DNA from: Callorhinchus milii
Taxonomy: Eukaryota
Assembly: GCF_018977255.1 (NCBI RefSeq)
Contig: NW_024704742.1
Span: forward strand, 138,820,001 to 138,884,000
Direction of reading: 5' to 3'
Length of the DNA stretch: 64,000 bases
Part shown: one piece after another, positions 11,155-24,846 of the stretch
Position numbering within the stretch: position 1 is the first letter of the stretch
Layout: every line of letters starts with the position of its first letter
Position numbers and translations under genes: made by a program
The notes under the pieces: generated by a model
The model's input: the letters and a program-made list of their open reading frames with translations, nothing else
What the model was told of the DNA's origin: nothing
Database searches by the model: none

Positions 11155-12310
11155 ATCCAGGGAGGTTTGGATGCCCTCCTTTCCGCTTTGTGGGAATGTA
11201 TTTGTTCTGTCCCCGAACTATCTCCTCCTTGAAGGCTTTCCATTGCTCGTTAGCTGTTTACCTGCCAATCTTTCTTTCCAGTCGACCTTGGTGAGCTCCC
11301 TGTTTAACTCACTGAAATTAGCCTCTTCCAGTTGAGTATTTCACCTTTGATTGCTCACATTTCCATAAGTACTCTAAACCTAATGATGTTGTCTCACTGT
11401 TGTCCAGATGCTCTCCTACTGAAACCTGCTCCACTTGCCCCACTTCATACCCCAGAACTAGATCCAGCACTGCTTCCTTCCTCGTTGGGCTGGAAACGTA
11501 CTTATCCAGAATGTTCTCCTGTGCACATTTCAGGAATCCTCCCCCTCCTTGCCCTTTACACTGTTATGTTGCCAGTCTATGTTAGGATAATTGAAGTCCC
11601 CCATTAGCATTACTCTATTGGTTTGACATCTTTCTGAAATCTGCTGCAGATTTGCTCGTCTCTCTCCTTCCCACTAACTGGTGGTCTATAGTTTACACCT
11701 AACAGAGTAACAGCTCCTTTTCTGCTCCTTAACTCTAACCAAATAGATTCTGTTTATGGACCCTCGAGCACATCGTCCTTTTCCAGGGCCGTAACCGTGT
11801 CTATAATCAATATTGCCACCCCCTCCCCTCCTTTTTTCCTTTCCCTATCCCTCCCGAGTACATTGTAGCCAGGAATATTCAGCTCCCATTCCTGCCCTTG
11901 TTTGAGCCAAGTCTCCGTTATTGCCACTACACCATAACCCCATGTGGCAACTTGAGCCGCAGATCACCAATATTATTTGTCACACTCCGTGCATTTACAC
12001 ACATGCACTCCAAGACCCACTGAGCCTGCTCTGCACTTCTCCCCCGTCTAATCCCTCCCTTTTCGGGATTACTCCTGATTGCATTGCTATTCGTCTCTCC
12101 CAGCCCTCTGTATAACTTGGTTGTCCTCTCTGATGCTACATCCTGATTCCCTTCCCATCTCAAAATTAGTTTAAACCCTTCCCTGTAGCACCAGTTAACC
12201 TCCCTGTGAAGACATTGGTACCAGCCATCACCTTGTACAGGTCCCACCTGCCCCGGAACTGGTCCCAATGATCCAGGAACCTGAACCCCTCCTTTCTGCA
12301 CCATTTCTCT
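11155..12310 (-). mobile_element. Defective CR1 internal fragment (ORF1 end / endonuclease); SINE tail at 11044-11154
   Basis: Near-identical to 40595-41627 and to the reverse of 50367-51320. Confidence 0.85.
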
Positions 12311-12689
12311 TCCCCATTTCTTCTAACTTCCCTATTTGACCTACTGGTGACTATTTTCTATTGATGGTCTTTGTTTTGGTCTCCCCCACAAGTGGAAACC
12401 TTCCCTATGTCGACCCTATCAAAACCTTTCATCGTTTTAAAGACCTCTATCAGGTCACCCCTTACCCTCCTCTTTTCAAGAGAAAAGAGTCCAAGCATGT
12501 TCAGCCTTTCCTGATAGGTCTAACCTCTCAGTTCTGGGATCATCCTTGTGATCTCCTTTGCACCCTCTCCAGTGCCTCTACATCCCTTATATATTGTGGG
12601 GACCAGAACTGCACAGTATTCTATAACCAAGGTTCTATAGGTTTACCATAACTTCCCTGCTTTTCATATTATTATTATTATAGATAGGT

Positions 12690-15600
12690 CCCAGAGTACA
12701 GAGCGAGCTACGTCCGGAGTGAGGCGAGGCCAGTGTGAGAAGGAATTGGGTGAGAGTGGGAATTAGATGCAGAGGGGGAAGTAGGTGTAAGTTTGTAGTA
12801 TATCTTCTAAACGACAATAATACAGGTATAAATAGAGTGAGAGGGCAGAATGCAGGTGATGTGTGAGGAATGTGGTATGTGGGAGTTGATGGAGGGCCTT
12901 GAGCCCTGAGCCCGGGCGACTTCACCTGCAGAAAATGTCTGCAACTGAGGAAGCTCCAGCTTAGAATAGCTGAGCTGGAGTCTCAGGGGGAGACACTGCG
13001 CAGCATTAGAGATGGGGAGAGCTTCCTGGACAGTTTCATCCTGGAGCCACACACTCCGTGTCCCAGGGAACATTCCGTTGCCAGCCACGGACAGGACTGG
13101 GTGACGGTCAGACAGGCGGGTAAGGGAACCCGAAAGAGAAGGGCAGAGGAACCCCAGGCTTTAACCTTGTCCAAAAGGTATGAAGTACTTGCAACCTGTG
13201 TGGACAAGGAAGTCTGTGAGGAAGATGGGCAAACGTACCCCAACACCTCTATACAGGAGGCCACACTGGGAATAGTCAGAAGGAATATAGTGGTAATTGG
13301 GGATGAGACAGTCAGGAAGACTGACACACTTTTCTGCAGCCGTAGCAGGGAGACAAGAAGACTCTGTGGCCCTCCTGCGGCCAGGGTGAAGGACGTCACT
13401 TCTGGGCTGGAGACAAATTTGAAGCAGGAGGGAGTGGATCCCATAGTTATGATTCACATAGGGACCAATGATGTAGGAAGGACCGGTAGGGACGAGGTGA
13501 GGAGCAAGTTCCGGGAATTGGGAGTTAAACTAAAGAGTAGAACTTCGGAGGTATTAATATCGGGATTATTACCTGAGCCGGGGGCAAATTGGTACAGGCA
13601 AAAGAAAATTAAACAACTGAATACCTGACTAAAAGAATGGTGCGGAGGGCAGGGGTTTCACTTTATAAGCCACTGGCACCAGTATTGGGGGAGACAGGAG
13701 CTATTACAAAGAAATGGACTCCACCAAAACAGGGCTGGGACAAATGTCCTGGCAACACGAATAAATAGGGAGGTAGACAGGGCTTTACACTACTAAGGGG
13801 GTGGGGGGGGGGGTGGGGGGAGGGGTAAAATCAATCACATGTAATCCATCACAATTAAAATTAGGACCGACGAAAGTGGGAGAGCAGATTAACGAGGGAG
13901 ATGAGCAACGTGTGTCAAGCGAGGAAAGGAAGCCCAGGGATAGGGCACTGGTGAATAGGACTAATAGCCCGAAGTCAGAATTAAAGGCGCTATATCTGAA
14001 CGCGCGAAGCACTCGAAACAAGAGAGATGAACTAACTGCACAAATAGAAACAAACGGGTATGATCTGGTAGCCATCACTGAGACATGGTTACAGGGAGAT
14101 CAAGGGTGGGAGCTAAATATTCCCGGGTATGTGGCGTATAGAAAAGATAGGCAATGTGGTAAACGAGGAGGGGGGGGGGGGTGGCCCTGCTAATAAAGGA
14201 TGGGATAAAATCACAGTATCTCTCAAGGTATAAATCAGGAAATTAGCAGAGCATAGAGTAAAGGAAAATCATTAATTGTGGGCGATTTTAATCTGCACAT
14301 AGATTGGGACAACCAAATTGGGAAAAGTATGATAGAGGAAGAGTTTATAGAATGTGTTAGGGATAATTATCTCGATCAGTTTGCCGAGGAGCCAACCAGG
14401 GAACAGGCCATATTAGACCTTGTTTTGTGCAATGAAGCAGGTGATCAGCAAACTGGAACTTAGGGCTCCTCGAGGGCAAAGTGATCATAATACGATGGAA
14501 TTTAGCATTAAGTGAGAGAGAGAAGTGGTTAAGTCCGAAGCAAAGGTTTTAAATTTAAGTAGAGCCAACATTGCTGGTATGAGAGAGGATTTGGCCAAAA
14601 TAAACTGGGAAATTAGACTTAAGGATTTGACAGTAGACCAGCAATGGCAGACGTTTAAGGAGATAGTGCAAAATTCCCAGCGAACACATATTCCTTTGAG
14701 GAATAAGAATGCCACAGGAAAGGTGGCCCAACCGTGGCTCACTGGAGCAGTTTGGGACAGTATAAAGTTAAAGGAAAAAGCCTATAAAACAGCTAAGATG
14801 AGTAGTAAACCCGAGGATTGGGAGAACTTTAGGGATCAACAAAGGAGAACCAAAAAAGTGATTAAGAGGGAGAAAATGGAATATGAGGGCAAACTAACGA
14901 AGAACATAAAGACAGACTGCAAGAGTTTTTATAAATATATAAAGAGGAAGAGGCTGTCAAAGGTAAATGTGGGTCCGCTACAGGCAGAGACGGGGGGAAT
15001 AATAGTAGGGGACAAAGACATGGCAGAGTCATTAAACAAGTACTTTGCTACTGTCTTCACCTTAGAAGACACTGAAAACCTACCAAGAATAGAGGGGAAC
15101 CAAGAAGACAATGTTAGTGAGCAACTTGGGAATTAATATTAGTAAAGAAATGGTTTTAGGTAAATTGTCAGGTCTTAAAACTGATAAATCTCCTGGACCT
15201 GATGGCCTACATCCTCGGGTTTAAAAAGAGGTGGCTACTGAGGTAGTGGATGGCTTGTCTTTGATCTTCCAAAATTCTCTGGATTCTGGAACGGTTCCCA
15301 TTGATTGGAAGATTGCAAACGTGACACCACTATTTAAGAAGGGTGGGAGAGAAAAGATGGGGAACTATAGACCAGTTAGTCTGACTTCAGTGGGAGGGAA
15401 AATTCTTGAGTCCTTAATTAAAGATGTCGTTATGGGATTCCTGGAAGACCATAACAAGATGAGGCAGAGTCAACATGGCTTTACAAAGGGAAGTCACGCT
15501 TCACTAATCTTTTAGAGTGTTTGAAGATGTATCTGCAGGTTAGAGAGGGGGGAACCAGTTGGTGTAGTATATTTAGATTTTAAAAAGGCATTTGACAAAG

Positions 15601-16465
15601 TGCCACACAAAAGGCTATTGCACAAGGTTAAGGCCCACGGGATTAATGGGAACATATTACCATGGATTGAAGAGTGGCCAACGGGTAGAAAACAGTGAGT
15701 AGGGATAAACGGGTCATTCTCGAATTGGCAGGAGGTGACTAGAGGAGTGCCACAGGATCAGTGTTGGGCCTCAGCTATTTACATTTTACACCAATGATCC
15801 GGACGAGGACATTGAACGTAACATATCTAAATTTGCGGATGACACTAAACTCGGTGGGAGAGTGAGCTCTGAGGATGATGCAAAAAGATTGCAACGGGAT
15901 ATAGACAGGCGAGGGGAGTGGGCGAGGAGGTGGCAGATGGAATTTAATGTGGGGAAGTGTGAAGTTATTCACCCGGGTAGAAAAAATAGAAAAACAGATT
16001 ATTTTCTAGAGGGGGAGAGATTAGATAGTGTTAGTGTTCAGAGGGATTTGGGTGTCCGTGTACACCAGTCTCAAAAGGTTAGTTTGCAGTGCAGCAGCAA
16101 CTAAGGCGAACGGCAGTTAGCGTTCATTGCCAAAGGTTTAGAGTACAAGAGTAGGGAAGTCTGACTGCAACTGTATAGGGCTTTGGTGAGACCGCATCGA
16201 GAGTATTGTGTGCAGTTTTGGTCCTTATTTAAAAAAGGACACACTTGCCCTCGAGGGGGTGCAGCGTAGATTCACTCGGTTAGTGCCTGGGATGAGGGGA
16301 CTGACCTATGAGGAGAGGCTGAATAAACTGGGGCTGTATTCTCCAGAGTACAGAAGAATTAGGGGGATCTTATTGAAACATATAAGATTCTTAAAGGGCT
16401 GATAAAGTAGACACTGAGGGACTGTTTCCCCGGGAGGAGAATCTATAACCAGGGGTCACGGTCAT
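12690..16465 (+). mobile_element. CR1-C: near-full-length, multiply frameshifted copy of the CR1-A subfamily
   Basis: 5' unit at ~12700, ORF fragments 13101..16402 collinear with CR1-A ORF1/ORF2. Confidence 0.92.
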
Positions 16466-18515
16466 TCCCCTTGTCTACTCTCTCTGTTACCCCTTCAAAG
16501 AATTCAATGAGGTTGATCAAGCCTGACATTCCTTTGTGAAATCTGTGCTGACTCCTCTTTATTATGTTTTCCGTTTCTAGATGTTTTTCTATTACCTTCT
16601 TCAGTAAGGATTCCATTATCTTTCCTACCCCTGATGTTAAGCTGATAGGTCTATAGTTTCCTGGGATTGTTCCATATCCCTTTTTAAATATAGGTATAAT
16701 ATCAACTGTCCTCCAGTCCTCTGGCACCACTCTTTTCTGATGAGTTATTCTATATGTGTAATAGTGCCTCTGCTATCTGTTCCTTCGATTCTTTTAATAT
16801 ACGCAGATGCAAACCATCTGGACCTGGGGTTTTATCATCTCTGTACCAGTTTTGTTAGTTTTTTGATTATACCTCCCCTTTGTATCTTAAACGTATTTAT
16901 ATTTTTTTGATCTCTTCTACTGTCATGTCCACCTGATCCGTCTCCCTGGTGAATACTGAGGCAAACCCATTATTTAATATTTTTGCCAATTTGCTGTCAC
17001 GGTCTGTGAGCTGATCGTGTCTATCCCTTAGAGCCCCTGTTCCTATTTTGATATTTCTTTTGTTATTTATATGTCTGTAGAATATTTTACTATTTCATTT
17101 CATATTCCTTGATTTCATTTCATAATTCCTCTGTGCCCTCCTAATTATTTTTTTGACTATTTTCCTGACTTATTCGTATTCTTTTTTGTCGTGCTCTCTC
17201 TCTCTTCCTTGTTGTTTATGTACTTGGTGAACGCTTCTTTCCTGAGTCTCAACTTTCCCCTCATGTCTTTATTCATCCATGGTGTCTCATTATTATTTAG
17301 CTTGGTCTTGCTTTTTAGCGGAATATATTTCTCCTGTATTCTATTGATCACTGTTTCAAATGTTTCCCACTGCTGCTCTATCTTTGTTTGACAATATTAT
17401 TTTTCAGTTTATTTTCCCAAGTTCCATTCTAATCCCCTCAAAACCAGGTTGTTTACAATCTATTATCCTGGTCTTTGTCATACTGATGTCTTTTTCAATC
17501 TTTATCTTAAACCTTATTAAGTTATGATCGCTATTGCCTAGGTGATCCCCTACACGTATTTTTCTTAACTGCTCTGGTTCATTTCCCATTACTAAATCCA
17601 GCAGGAATTTCCCCCTTGTTGGGCCGCTTAAATTCTGGGTAAGAAATGAGTCCTTTAAACATTGAAGGAACTTAATTCCCTTATCCCTTTTACCTACCTC
17701 TTCTGGCCAATTTATTTGGGGATAGTTGAAATCCCCCATGATTATTACTCTATGCCTTTTACTCAATTCCCTAATTTGCATATTTCTTCCTCTACCTCCA
17801 TTCCACTATTAGGTAGTCTGCAGAGTACCCCTATTTGTGTGATTGATCCCTTCTGTGTTCCTGAACTGATTGATCCTGAACTGCGTTCAGTTCTGGGCAC
17901 CGCACTTTAGGAAAGATGTTCGGGCATTGGAGAGGGTGCAAAGGAGGTTTACCCGATGGTACCAGGAATGAAGGACCTTAGTTATGAGGAGAGGTTAGAG
18001 AAACTAGGATTATTCTCCCTGGAGCAGAGAAGATTAAGAGGGGATTTAATAGAGGTTTTCAAGATCATGAGAGGATTTGATAGGTTGAACCGGGAAAAAC
18101 TGTTCCCACTGGAATGTGGGTCAGTAACCCGAGGACACTGATATAAGTTAGTTTAAGATAGATAGACAGAGGGCAGGTTAGGAGAAAATGTTTCACCCAA
18201 CGAGGTGTTGGGATCTGGAATGCATTACCTGAAAGGGTAGTGGAAGCCGATCCAATAACAACTTTTAAGAGAGAAGTAGATGGGTATTGGCGGAGGACAG
18301 GATTGCAGGGCTATGGGGAGAAAGTGGGCCAGTGGGACTGGGTTGGATTGCTGTTTCAGGAGCCGGTGCAGACACAATGGGCAGAATGGCCTCTTTCTGT
18401 GCTGTATGAATCTATGATTATCTTTTATCTCTATCCACACTGATTCTGTTTCTAGGTTATGTCCTTTTTTTCCACTGCCATGATGTTATCCGTAATGAGT
18501 ACTGTTTTTCCCACT
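16465..18515 (-). mobile_element. AT-rich CR1 ORF2 fragment (different subfamily) with a nested CR1 3' fragment (+) at ~17879-18416
   Basis: ORFs 17404..17781 (GDFN, SDH) and 16443..16730 (NYRPISLT); nested ORF 17956.. (LSYEERL..RRLRGDLI) ends in a tctatga tail. Confidence 0.82.
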
Positions 18516-18704
18516 TTCTACACACGTGTCTGTCCAGGGCACACAAAGTTTTCTAGAGTTCTCACGTGGCACACATTGTGTATGCAACCTCCCTCAGCTG
18601 CCCTGCCATATTCCCAGACATGTTTTATATTAATATAACTTATATATTTTATAATTATGCACTGAAGTCCCACTCTCACCAAATTCCTTAAAAAAATGCT
18701 TTTT

Positions 18705-19530
18705 ATAGAATTATAGAATCATAGAATCATACAGCACAAAAAGAGGCCATTCGGGCCATCGAGTGTGTGCGGCTCTTTGAATAGAGCAATTAATGTCAAT
18801 CCCACTCCCCGGCCCTTTCCCCATAACCGGCAAACCCGTCCTCCTCAAATACCCATTTTAAAAATAATTATGGAATTGGCCTCCACCGCCCTTTCAGGCG
18901 ATGTTCCAGATTCCCACAACGCGCTGCGTGAAGCACTGTCTTCTCCCCTCCCCTCGGCTTCCTTCAGAGACTATTCTCAATCTGTGACCTCGAGTCACCG
19001 ACACTCCCACCAGTGGGAACAGTTTGTCCCTCTCTAACCCATCAAATCCCCTCATGATGTTGAAGACCTCTATTAGGTCCTCGTAACCTTCGTTGCTCCG
19101 ATGAGAATATTCCCGGCCTCTCCGGCCTTTCCTCATCATCACGGTCCCTCATTCCTGGTCCCATCCTCGTAAATCTCCTCTGTACCCTTTCCAATGCCTT
19201 AACGTCCTTCCTATAGTGTGGGGCCCAGAACTGGGGCCGTATTCTAACTGAGGCCTAACCAGTGTTTATATGGGTTAATCATCACCTCCTGACTCTTGTA
19301 CTCTATGCCCCTATTTATAAAGCCCAGTATCCTATATGCCCCTTTACAGCCTTATCTCCCTGTCCTGCCACCTTCAAGGATCCAGTTACCTGCCCCCCAG
19401 GTCTCTCTGTTCCTTCACCCCCCCTTAAGATTGTATTACCGCCTATATTGCCCCTCATTCTTTCTACCAAAATGCATTACTTCACATTGAAACTCATCTG
19501 CCACGTGTCGCCCATTTTACCATCTGTCTC
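18705..19530 (-). mobile_element. CR1 3' fragment with (TTCTATGA)-like tail
   Basis: atagaatcatagaatcatacagc tail, ORF 18894..19142 (TRGH..FTQRVV..WN). Confidence 0.8.
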
Positions 19531-19752
19531 TGTCTTCCTGCAGTTTTTCCTGTCCCGGTGCCTTGAGACATCCTCCAGACGTGAAAGGTTCTATACAAAT
19601 GTCATTTGTTGTTGCTGACCCTCTATATTCTTCCTTTGGCAAATCCCCCTCCACACTCTGACAAGCCTCTGGGAGAAGCTGTTCTGCCACCCAGGGCTTC
19701 ATAACAGACTCACAAAGGTATCCTTGAAGTCTGGATAGTACTATGCAGAGTT

Positions 19753-19949
19753 TGTGGGATATCCCTTTAAGAGTAATGGCCAGTTTGAGAAGAACCTATG
19801 CAATAGAACAGGAAGTATAAAAGGACCCGGGAAGGGAGTCAGTGCATAAGATGTGATGGCTGCAGTACTCGATATCTTTTGAGTTGCTGATAAAGAAACT
19901 ACCTAACACACCAGTACTTGCGATTACATATTACATGGTGTCAGAAGTG
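19753..19949 (+). mobile_element. Gypsy-like 5' LTR (19753-19935) followed by tRNA-Leu primer-binding site (19936-19949)
   Basis: TGT...ACA termini, ccctttaaga motif, TATAAAA at ~19816, TGGTGTCAGAAGTG immediately after ACA. Confidence 0.65.
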
Positions 19950-20539
19950 TTTTGGACTGGGACAGACGACGAGATTGAAAAGAGATATTAAAAAGAAGCA
20001 AAATGTGTTCAATATTGAATGTCTTCAAGTTGCTAATAAAGAAGTGACATAACACACCCATGCTTTGGATACAATGAGTTGTAGCAACGATCTAATATGG
20101 GAATCTGCCTCAATCACCACTGTAGGCTATTTCTAAATCCTAACCACTCTGTTTATGAAACAATGTCTACAAACCTCCCCATTTGCTGGGCTACTAACTA
20201 ATTTAAATTAATACCCTCTGGTCACTGACACATTGGCCAGTGGGGATAATGTCTCCCTATTGACTATTAAAAACCCTCATAATTTTAAAGACCTCGATCA
20301 GGTCACCTTCAACCTTCTTTATTGCAAGGATCCCCTCCTCCTGGTGTTACCCTCCTCCTCTATCACCCCAACGTCTTTCCTAAAATGGGGGAAACAATAC
20401 TGAACAATACAACAATATTCTAACTATGGTCTAACAATGTATGTAAGTTTAGATTTACCTCTACATATATATATATATATAAAACCTTGGCTTGGGTGTG
20501 TGTGCTGTGAGATGTTGTGCAGGTGGACAGGATACTTAC

Positions 20540-20676
20540 ATTACACTTTGTGGTGAGGTACGGCTGAAGCGTCATTGCATGCTTGACCATTAGATGAGGC
20601 TGTATTTTGCTGAACAGGTACAAAGTGATTAAACAAGCCACCAGGCAGTTGGTGTTCATGCCTTTGCTGTCAGAAT
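20540..20676 (-). CDS. NIPBL: NIPBL exon (~exon 34), 137 bp, (D)SDSKGMNTNCLVACLITLYLFSKIQPHLMVKHAMTLQPYLTTKCN
   Basis: Within ORF 20420..20773; tag|AT acceptor, AAT|gtaagt donor; phase fits previous exon. Confidence 0.93.
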
Positions 20677-21164
20677 CTACCAGAAAAACACAGACACAGA
20701 GGTCACTGCACTTCACCTCCACAACCCAGAGCACTCCATTCCCTGACTGCACATTCCTCTGTCCACCCCACACGCTGCATTATGAGGCACTAAACCACAG
20801 CCAATAACTGACCCAACACAGGCAGCAAGCGCTGTTCACGTAGCTAAACAAACTCTGTAAATACAGATCCTTTTCACTTTACATTGCTCACATGAAGGGA
20901 TCATAAGCACAATCTCCATTTTGCATCTGATACCAGCAAGGAGGAGAACAAGTAATGGGGAAGATACTAATGAAAACAGAGGATTTATACCTGCGGACAA
21001 CTCAGTGGCAAATACAATTCAATGTAAACAAAGATAAAACTATCAATGTGAAGCAAGGAAGCAGGAGATGATGTATGTTATACAGACAGGGCCACTGTCT
21101 CAGCCTGAGAGGTATTCAGGAGTAATCAGTGAACTCTGTGGTAGTACAAAGGCAAATATCTTAA

Positions 21165-21545
21165 TAATAAACTCTGCATTGGATATAGCACCTTTTACAT
21201 TGGGAGGATGTCCCAAAATTGACTGTGTAGTTTTGGGCAAACTCAGCAGCCAATTTTTTGCACACAGCAACGTCCCAAACACTCATGAAGTAAATGACCA
21301 ATTTTATTTGGGGGATTGTTGGCCCTGACACCGGGAGAAATTCCATTCTCTTTACAAGTGCCACCTGAACATGCAGACTGGGCCTTGGTTTAATGTCTCA
21401 TTCGAAGGACAGCACCTCTGACAATGCAACACAACTCAGCACTGCATTGGGATGTCAGCTTAGACTGTATGAGTCAAGACCCAATGAAGCTTGAACCCAT
21501 AAGCTTCTGATTCAGAGACAAGGGAGCTACCACTGCACCAGGCTG
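21165..21545 (-). mobile_element. DeuSINE-like SINE inserted in a very old CR1 remnant (~20950-21950)
   Basis: ggccttggtttaatgtctcattcgaaggacagcacctctgacaatgca core, tRNA-like head, L2-like tail. Confidence 0.65.
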
Positions 21546-22140
21546 AATGTCATGTATTAGCAGAGCAAGAGCACAGATCAGAGGAGGTTAGTGTTACAGG
21601 AGGTGTCTGTCAGAACCAATCTGCACCAATTGTGCACTTTGTCATCTGAGCACAGGAAAGAAGTTCTTATTTTAATGAATGAGAAGATGAGTAGCCAAAA
21701 GGATGTCAGGTCTCAGCACCAACATCCTGGGTAAAGGGGAAGACATTGGGCTGATTCTCATTGGCAAACAGGTGACTGAAGTTATCTGACAGATGATCAA
21801 GAACAAGCTTCGGGTAGTGCATCACAGGTAAGGCCACACGCTCAATGTGACAGCGTTAGGAGGCAATCAGGAGTCACACCAAGGGAAACATTGTGGAATG
21901 GGTTAGCAGGGCATCACAGACAAGCAGGCAGTGTTAGAGGGAACTCGAGTAGTACAGTTACTGATCTAGACAGCATGTGCTTGTAGAGGAATGCACAGTC
22001 CAGCCCAGCAATGGCACTGACTCACAATTCCAAGTGTGAAAGATTCCTGGAGAGAGAAATGATTGTGGTTATGGTGAAGGCTGGGAGTTGAGAACTCTCC
22101 TACGTATCTGCACAGTTTATGTCTCTGGTGCAGAGTTTAC

Positions 22141-22249
22141 CTGCAAGCGATTCCTCGTATTTGAGGATGTGCTCCACCAGATTATCCACGATCTGCACAC
22201 AGGCTTTCTTCACTGGTTTGTATGATGAGTCCTCCTCAGACTTTAGTAA
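22141..22249 (-). CDS. NIPBL: NIPBL exon (~exon 33), 109 bp, LLKSEEDSSYKPVKKACVQIVDNLVEHILKYEESLA(D)
   Basis: Within ORF 22100..22291; cag|TTA acceptor, G|gtaaac donor. Confidence 0.94.
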
Positions 22250-23485
22250 CTGTAGTGGAAACAAGAGGAGCTGCCTCATTACCTTTTCCATCTTGTAGGC
22301 TCCTGCCTCCTGTTTGTCCCTTGCCCTCTCTGCTCACCATCGGTGGCCGTGCCTTCAGCCACTATGTCCCGAAACTCTGGAACTCTTCCCCTCAATCCCT
22401 CTGCCTTGCCCTCTCCCTCCCCACCTTCCTTTTTGATTGTTCTTACGGTCACCCCCACCCTCCTGCTTTGGTGTTGTGCTCTGCCACTGTCAAGCACTCC
22501 GGGACGTTAAGGGCGCTGTGGAAATGCAAGTTGTTGTTGTTGTGACCCCCCACGCCTTGCTGGTTTACCCTCTTATTAATTTCTGTACAAAGCTATTTCG
22601 CGTATCGCACAAAACACAGTCACTCCACTTTACAGTTATCTTGTAAAACGCTTTACGATGTTGTCCCAATGAGAAAGGCACAATAACAAATGTAAGGATT
22701 ATTATTATCACTACAAGTATTTTATTTGGCGTTAGTCTTAATGTTTTCCGCAGAGTTTGGTGCTTTGTTACTCGGCTTCGATATGTAACAGCAAATTCAG
22801 AATCAGGCTGGCTTAGTTAGTAGTACTCTCCTCCCCCAGTCAAAAGGTTCTAGGTTCAAACCCCACGTCAGTGAACTTTGAACACACGTAATCTAGTATT
22901 TTTATCATTATATTATATACTTCTACTTGTTTGTGCTATTTTCCTCAATCTCTCATATCAAATTCTTGCTCAATTTATTTTTATAATAATAATAATCCCT
23001 GCAATCTGGTACAGTGTCTTATTACAATCGAAGGACGACTTGAAGTGCTTCACAGATTTAATTGTGAAATGCAGTGACTGTGAATTTGTAGGCAAACACA
23101 GCTGTGTATTTGATGCAACACCTGTCACATGGGAAAGACATCTCAACATAGTTTCACAGGATCTGCTGTACAGTGCATGACTGGGGCCAACCAATTTGCA
23201 CACAGTAAGGTCCACAAACAGTCATGAAGTGAATGACCAATTTTATTTGGGTGATTGTTGATAAGGACAGCAGGACACCCTTCTCTTTTCAATATGCCAT
23301 CTTTAACATCCACCTGAACAAACAGACGGTTTAATAATAGTGTGCCCATTTATCATCAACCCATTCCTATCCACATCCGTGTATGTCGACAAAATATGCT
23401 TGATCGCTGTGATGTGGACTGTAAAATAAAATCGATCTGAAATACTAAACAGTTAAACACCAAACACAGAGAGAGGAACACTTAC

Positions 23486-23539
23486 ATTCTGAAGAAGTTG
23501 CTCAAACCAATCGTAGCCAGTGTCCCTGCACGCTGCCAC
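23486..23539 (-). CDS. NIPBL: NIPBL exon (~exon 32), 54 bp, VAACRDTGYDWFEQLLQN
   Basis: Manual translation; tag|GTG acceptor, AAT|gtaagt donor. Confidence 0.93.
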
Positions 23540-24747
23540 CTACGAGTAGGTAAACACACTCATCAACACAAACTCACTGACAAACAGCATGTCCACTTCA
23601 GACTGCCAGCATTCAGCTATCCCACCAGCACTGTGCTTACCATGTTTGGAGAGGAGAGTTGGGGAGGGACTAGCAATGAAAGTACCCTGGGCTTATAGAT
23701 ACTTCATAAGAACAAGATATTTTAGGAACACGAATGGCCGTTGAGGCCAACAATTCAGTCAGTTTTTGGTTGAATTAATTTCACTTCCTTGACCATGTCT
23801 CTCAACCTCTTCTCCCTCCAAAGTTGTGGGGTCTCAACTGTGGCATTCAGTGAGATTCTGTAAACAGGAAGTCCCAAATAGAATATCCCTCTGTAATCCT
23901 TCAAGACCACCGAACCGCAGAAACTCCATGCACATTTACTATCTCTCACAGACTTTGGCCTGTATCCCCCTCATCTCAAGGTGTGCTGGGTTACATTCCA
24001 TCAAAATAAGCAACAGATGTTCTGTTAAAAGCAGCAACAGTAAAACCCACAGATTTTCCTGAGTGGAAGAAGGGATCACCGGCTAGGCTAACTGTGAGCA
24101 GAAATCTCCAGTTTCTCAGCACTCAGGAATCACAGGTACCTACATTCTCGAGAAGCAGAACATCAGCAGCACAGGGTTGGTTGGGGTGAACATGCTGCTG
24201 GAGGGAGGTGGGGGAGAGGCAGTCTGTTTGGAGTTGAGCTGGCTCCCAGATAATGTGTCTCCGCGAGCCTATCACCCCATGCTTTGACTTGTAGGGACAG
24301 ACCAGACACTTGGGACAGAATTGTTTCTGGCTCAGCTCCTGTTAACCCTTCAGCCAAAGCCCTAGCAGGTAGGGTGGTCCTAGCTTGACAAGCAGCGGGA
24401 AAGCTTGCCAAGCAGCAATATCAACGGCAAGCTGTGTGGTTTTAACTGGTTAGACTCCAAGAGTTACCCCAACACACATTCTGGTCTCCAAGCCTTGGCT
24501 TTGGCCAACCTGCGCCTCTCCAGGATTAGGTAAGCAGGATGCATCCCTCCAGGGAGAGAGTGGGTACAAACAGGATATATAACGGCTAAGCTGGAAGTCT
24601 CAGTAGTTTGGTTTGGATATTCTTAAGCATGGTGATGGGATTCTGTACATCAGATGACTTGACCATTTAACAAAGGCTAGTGTAGAGATTAATCAGACAG
24701 CGACAGGAGAAGAGCGAGCAGCTGATGAGAAGGTACCCGCAACTCAC

Positions 24748-24846
24748 CACATCGGTGACATTGAGAATTTTCCTGGTCATTCCCTCCGAGTCGTGAGGCG
24801 GCGTTGGGGTAAACCACAGCTTCTGGAAGGTTTCATTCACCAGTTT
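24748..24846 (-). CDS. NIPBL: NIPBL exon (~exon 31), 99 bp, KLVNETFQKLWFTPTPPHDSEGMTRKILNVTDV
   Basis: Within ORF 24667..24882; cag|AAA acceptor, GTG|gtgagt donor. Confidence 0.94.
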
